DNA of 64,000 bases from Parasitella parasitica NRRL 2501 (lineage: Eukaryota > Fungi > Mucoromycota). The DNA lies in NCBI GenBank assembly GCA_025201805.1, contig MU619326.1, forward strand, positions 5,258-69,257. Reading direction: 5' to 3'. Positions 55,934 through 64,000 of this stretch are shown one piece after another (positions within the stretch are counted from its first letter, which is position 1; the number at the start of each line of letters is the position of its first letter). A program made the position numbers and the translations under genes. Below the pieces are notes generated by a model that ran no database searches, was not told the origin of the DNA, and was given only the letters and a program-made list of their open reading frames with translations.

Positions 55934-56143
55934 TTTCTAAATAACCAAAAGGAAGCTACTAAAGGAAAAAAAATAAATAAAAAATAAAGGGAAGAAGAAG
56001 GCAAGCGAGTTTTTATATAAATATTTTGGCAACAACACGTGTTTCTTTGCAACATACATCTCCCAGTGACGTTTTCTTATTGGGGGATGTTTAATGAGAT
56101 TATATGTACAAGAGACAGAAAGGGGGAATATATGGATGTGCAA

Positions 56144-58680
<2,537 letters not shown>

Positions 58681-58944
58681 TTCTACTTTCTATGTACAAA
58701 ACGTGGAAGTGGTCTATGAACTGAATATCTCGTGTATTATATTTTTATTTTAGAAACAACGACTAAAAGGCAGCAGCAGCAGCATCAGCATACAAGCTGA
58801 TCTAGACGTCATCCATCATGGCCAGGAAAATCAAATATATTCATTATTGCAACTTCTTGATCCAACATTCCTCCTCTTTCGTTTTATACATCTGTCCTTT
58901 TTTTTTTTTTTTTNNNNNNNNNNTTTTTTTAGTAATTCTGAGAA

Positions 58945-61900
58945 ATGGAAGCTATTTTATATCAAACACTATCCACTGGTAATATATTTAGCCTGGATAA
59001 AACCCAATTGGCTCTATACATGTAACTAATGGATACGCATGCAATAGACGATAGCGAAAGAAACAATGCAGTTCAGCTTTTAAAAAGACATCAAAGTGAA
59101 AACTATGCAAGTAGTTTTTATACATATGCATTTAATTATGAAACTCATTGTAGAAATTAGCTGAACTATGCAATGATATTATGCCACATTATTGCTAACA
59201 ATCAATTGCAAGACAATATTCGCATGTCCGCAGGACTTGCTCTAAAAAATTCACTAACAAAATTTCGCACATTTGGGGGCATTTTGGCTGATAAGAGATC
59301 AAAGCAGGTTATCAAGTCAAATGTAGGATTGATACAAACGACTTTCGGCATATCTTTATGCTAAGCTTCGTTTAAAGATTTTACCGTTACTAGCTATTCA
59401 ATCAAAAAATGTCGCAAATGTCATCAGCCAAGTAGTTGCTACCATGGCAACCATTGACATACCTTTGGGTGAAGGAGATGATATCATAGCAACACTTGTG
59501 AAAATTATTACTCAAAGACATCAGCCGTCCAGCGTTAAGCAAGTAGCATTGCAGACAATAGGATATATTTGTGAATCAATGGTATTTTTTTACTTCTACG
59601 ATCAAGAATATGTGTGTACAAGTCGTCTAAGCAATCCTGATACAGGAACCACATTTGCTGTCAACAAATCAAAAAAATGCAATTTTGACAGCAATAATCG
59701 ATGGATCGAGAAGAGAGCAACTAGAGTATGATATATGTTGTTAAAAACAAAAACAAAATGATTGCGCACTTAACTATGTGCCATTGTGGTAGTGTCCAGA
59801 TCAAATTAGCGGCTGTCAAGTCCTTGTACAACTCGCTAACATTCGTCCACGACAATTTTGAGAATCATGTAAAACATTGTTGCTTAATTGTGTATGCAAG
59901 ATACTTATGACATTTTTAAATACAATAGGTAGAGCGAGATTTCATCATCAAGGTAGTATGCGATGCTGCCACACCAAATTCTTGCTCGACTATCGAGCTG
60001 CAGGTTGCTGCTTACGAGTGTCTAAATAAAATAGTCTGCCTGTATTACGATAAGCTGGAGGACTACATGACAAGCACTTTGTATAATGCAAGTAGACTTT
60101 TGCAATTTGTAGAAACTCTTGATTATAATTTATTTCATAGTTAACATTGAATGGCATGACTCGGATATCAGATCCCTCGATTGTGTTGAAATCTATTGAA
60201 TTTTGGTCAACGATTTGTGATATCGAGATTACGAGGAAGAAAGAGGTATGAATTTGCATGTGCTTAAACGCTTGATGTTTCAATGGCTCAAAAAAAATTG
60301 ATAAGAACACAATGCCTATGTTTGCTTTTACAGACAAGTTGATGATCCACATCTTACCAACACTATTGGAAATTCTTATAAAAGAGAAACATAGAGCAGA
60401 CACACTCGAAAGCGATGAAGAGTGGGACATACACAAATCAGCTTCCAGCTGTTTATCCTTGGTCGCAAATTGTTGTAAAGAATCAATTGTTCCTCAATTG
60501 ATGCGATTTATTGAGAAGAACTTATTTGGCTCGAAGCAAACTGATTGGAATCAAAAGGAGGCAGCCATTATTGCTTTTGGTTCTATTCTCAATGGCCTTT
60601 CAAAAATTAAGATGAAACCACTTGTCGAGCAAGTAAGCACACAATACATTTGGGGGCTCGAATGTTAAATCTAAACAATGGTCTGCAGATACTGCCTACA
60701 ATATTAGATTGTATGAAGCATCCTAGTGCTCATGTCAGATTAGCAGCTTCCTGGGCACTTGTTGAAATCATCAAAGAGTCGTCTCAGGCTTTGAATCAGC
60801 CTAATGTACTATGCAATGTTATTCCTGCTATTACTTTAGGTTTGCGAGATGCACATCAAAGAATTAGTCATAATTCTTGCTTGGTATACAGACATATATA
60901 GATAATTTACGTAAAACATCTAATGGAAACTAAATACAATGGAAATGTAGGCCATCATTCATTGCGCAGAGAAGACAAGGTTATTTCACAATAAAACGAT
61001 GAGCACAGGCCCTCTTTCCGTATACACGCATGGTATTATTGTATGCTTGTTGGACATTACAGAGACATGTGATCTGCAAGATGATATCTTTATGGTGACG
61101 ATATACGAAGCTATTTCAACGATCATCAAGCATTGTAAGGAAGATTGTGTTCATGTGGCCCAGCTTGTAACGGAGAGAGTCATTTCGAGATTAGAGATTT
61201 TATACTTGGCAGAAACAAACGTACGTAGGCAATTGTACTTCAAATTGTTTGTATGAGGCTGACCTATATAAACAATGGCAGATATCATATACTTTTTCAA
61301 TCAAAGATCTGATCCCCTTAAAGTCAAGTTTATTAGGCGTTCTTTTGGTGAGCGACATTATTTACGGGCGATGGAGCAATATCTCTTACTAACCAAAATG
61401 AAAAAAGAACTGCATATATAGACTTTCGGATAAAGTATCAGCGTATGCTCCTCATATTATGGAACTCTTTTTTTCTATTCTTTTGCTACTGCAAAAAGAG
61501 GACAATGCATCAATTGGTATTCTCTTGGAAGACATTTACCTTGTTGCCTCAGCCATGATCGTCGCTCTTGGGCCTCAATTCCATTGCTTTATAGAGAAAC
61601 TAGTGCCACATATTTCAAAGATTATGGACATGGACTCGATCCATAATCAAGGCCACCGTCTTTGTTTAATAGGTGTTGGTATCATCAGTGATCTGAGTTG
61701 TGCGCTGCCTAACACAATCAGAACCCATGCCGGCCTATTTCTGCAATTGCTGCTTAACACCCTAAATAACGAGGATTTACATAAAGATATAAAACCGGCA
61801 ACTATTTCTTGCTTCGGAGACGTTGCTCAAGCTCTAGGTCCTGATGTTTTGCCTTACGCCAATGTTTTAATGATGATATTACAGCAAGCTGGTAATACAC

Positions 61901-62411
61901 AAGCTAGTCGAAATGACAAGGAAATGGTAACGCATGTGGATGCGATTCGGGTGAGCATCATGGAAGCATTTGTTGGTATATTACAAGGATTATCACAAGA
62001 AACATGCACGCGAGATGCATTTTTACCTCATGTGCATAGCTTTATGCTGTTTGTGCATTGCCTTGCCAAAGACAGTAATCGTTCAGATGCGCTAAACCGA
62101 GCTATATTGGGTCTATTAGGGTAAGTTTACTTTTTCTTGTTTATTCGATTATTATTTAGACATTCTGCTGGGATTGTTGTAGAGACGTTGCCAGAATCTA
62201 TCAAGACCAGGTGCCAGCGTCCATGTTGGAGCTTGTGTTTCATGATTTAACAAATGAAAATTTGAAAAATGACATTTTCTTGTCAAGCCGAACACATGAA
62301 ATGGCTCAATGGGCTGAAAAGGTAGATGCCATAAAGCATATCTTTTGTAATCCAACACTCACTTACAGCATATAGATAATCTCATCTCGATTATTAAAAA
62401 CTGTAAATTAA
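58945..62411 (+). CDS. Importin-beta-1 (Kap95/KPNB1)-like HEAT-repeat karyopherin, divergent, many introns
   Basis: RMSAGLALKNSL, LQTIGYICE, FENHVERDFI, IEFWSTICD, DEEWDIHKSASSCL, W.QKEAAIIAFGSIL, KPATISCFGDVA. Exons checked through the N-terminal half splice in frame. 3' end approximate. Confidence 0.88.
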
Positions 62412-62513
62412 CCCTCAATAAATATCAAGTTTATCTCAGATCTGCGTAGTTCAAGTTACTAGCATTTCTTTTTTCTTTTTCCCTATTGTTCTTTCTCGAG
62501 TCACTGTGAGCAA

Positions 62514-64000
62514 ATGTCGTTGAGCAAAGTAATCAAATTACCTTCGCTGTTACAGAAGCTAGAGGAAGGTGGATACGACACGCTGGATCAAGTTAAGAAA
62601 GAGTGTCTTTCTTCATTGGCAAAAGGTAGGTAGCTGCTACTCGAATTGCTTTAAAAGAAATTAAGAAAAAATAATCGAGAACTCGAGCTGAATAAAGAGG
62701 AAGTCAAAGCTGTCAGCAAATTTGGTGCTAAAGGTATTTATTTCAAGGGCTACAATCAACTCATGAGCCAACTCTTATACTAGGAGATAGTGCAGATAAA
62801 AAACAGATACATGGATCGCTTGCAATGGAAATAGAAAGCAGTTTCACGACGGCAGTAAGGAATTTCGATCGCATGTTAGTGTATGGCATATCTCCCAAAA
62901 AAATCACAGAAATATGTGGCGAATCTGGCACTGGAAAAACACAGTTATGGTAAACTGGATTGTGACAACAACAATTATGCAATATAATAATGATTTTTAG
63001 CATGCAAATGGCCGTTACAATACAACTCTCGAAATCGCAAGGTGGATCAGAAGGAGAATGCGTTTATATTGACACAGAAGGATCTTTTAATCCATCGAGA
63101 ATACAGAAAATAGCAGAAAGGCTTGACCTAAAAGACCCATTAAAGGGAATTCATGTTTTCAGAATCTTGAATTACACAGAATTCGTAGCCATCATCATGC
63201 AATTGACAGAAATATTGACAAATCGAACAAAAGTCAAACTAATCATCATTGATTCAATGGCATATCATCTTCGTGTCAACACATTGACTTTTAGAGGTCG
63301 AATCGATTTTCTGAATTTCGCAGGTTACCATTTGATTAAAATTGCAAAGGATTTGACTGTATCTGTAAGTGGTTTTGTTCGAGTACCATCATTTTTAGAG
63401 CGTAACAATTGGGTTTTCTTGAATAGATTGTCGTTACAAATCATGTTACAACAGACGGGACAAGCGGCACATGGACACCATCACTAGGGAATGAATGGGG
63501 AAACTGGTGTGCAAATCGCCTGTTCCTGTTTCGAAAACGAGAATTTAGATTTGGGCATTTGTTTAAATCCGTTGAAGAAATAGAAAGAGAAGATTCAATG
63601 CAGTTTTGTATAAAGGTAAATGACAGCAGTATGCTAGCAATGCATATCTGATTGATGGTTCTTTCCAAAGGATAAAGGAGTATTTGATCCTGACAACGAT
63701 CAAGTCTTAGTGGCATTTAAGAATGAAAATGCTGAACAGTTGTTATCCTCGCAAGATCGGTTTGGTTCTCTATTACAAGGAGATGAATTAGAAATTTTGG
63801 CTCTTGAAAAAGAACTGGAAAAAATTAAAAAGCAAGAAAATGTTTGCGGAAAGCGCTCCTTAGAAGATGCTGGTGAGATGAGAAGTTACATTGATGATTA
63901 TTTAAACGAGCACTGCACAAAATCAACAAGATATGACGATCAGATACACATTTCTTCTCAACTAGCAACGGATGATCCCATTAATGTAAATAGCCGCCCG
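62514..64000 (+). CDS. RAD51C: RAD51 paralogue, RAD51C-like (3' end beyond window)
   Basis: ITEICGESGTGKTQLCMQMAV.IQL..GG.EGECVYIDTEGSF (Walker A with RAD51C-type context), LIIIDSMA (Walker B), VVTNHVTT, SLGNEWG. Confidence 0.75.

Overview
Eukaryotic, AT-rich fungal DNA with many ~50-60 nt GT-AG introns. Gene content and style point to an early-diverging fungus, most likely Mucorales (inference). The first ~5 kb is transposon debris: a probable LTR with a primer-binding site, an assembly gap, and an internally deleted Helitron. The rest is a compact run of spliced genes: glyoxylate/hydroxypyruvate reductase, HOOK, an orphan Q/P-rich gene, GUP1, SPT5, a NAM8/NGR1-like RRM protein, an ~11 kb SZT2 (KICSTOR scaffold)-like gene head-to-head with a GRAM-TBC RabGAP, a DUF202 protein, VPS27, PHB1, BDF1, BIM1/EB1, GCN5, a divergent importin-beta, and RAD51C (runs off the window). 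A 2.8 kb TA-flanked TIR element lies between VPS27 and PHB1. Most notable: the full-length SZT2-like gene; a hidden two-exon 50-aa Cys/His microprotein missing from the ORF track; animal-like retained features (PCAF-N-like GCN5 N-terminus, RAD51C); and several GC-AG introns. All family calls rest on motif recognition by eye, with no database searches.
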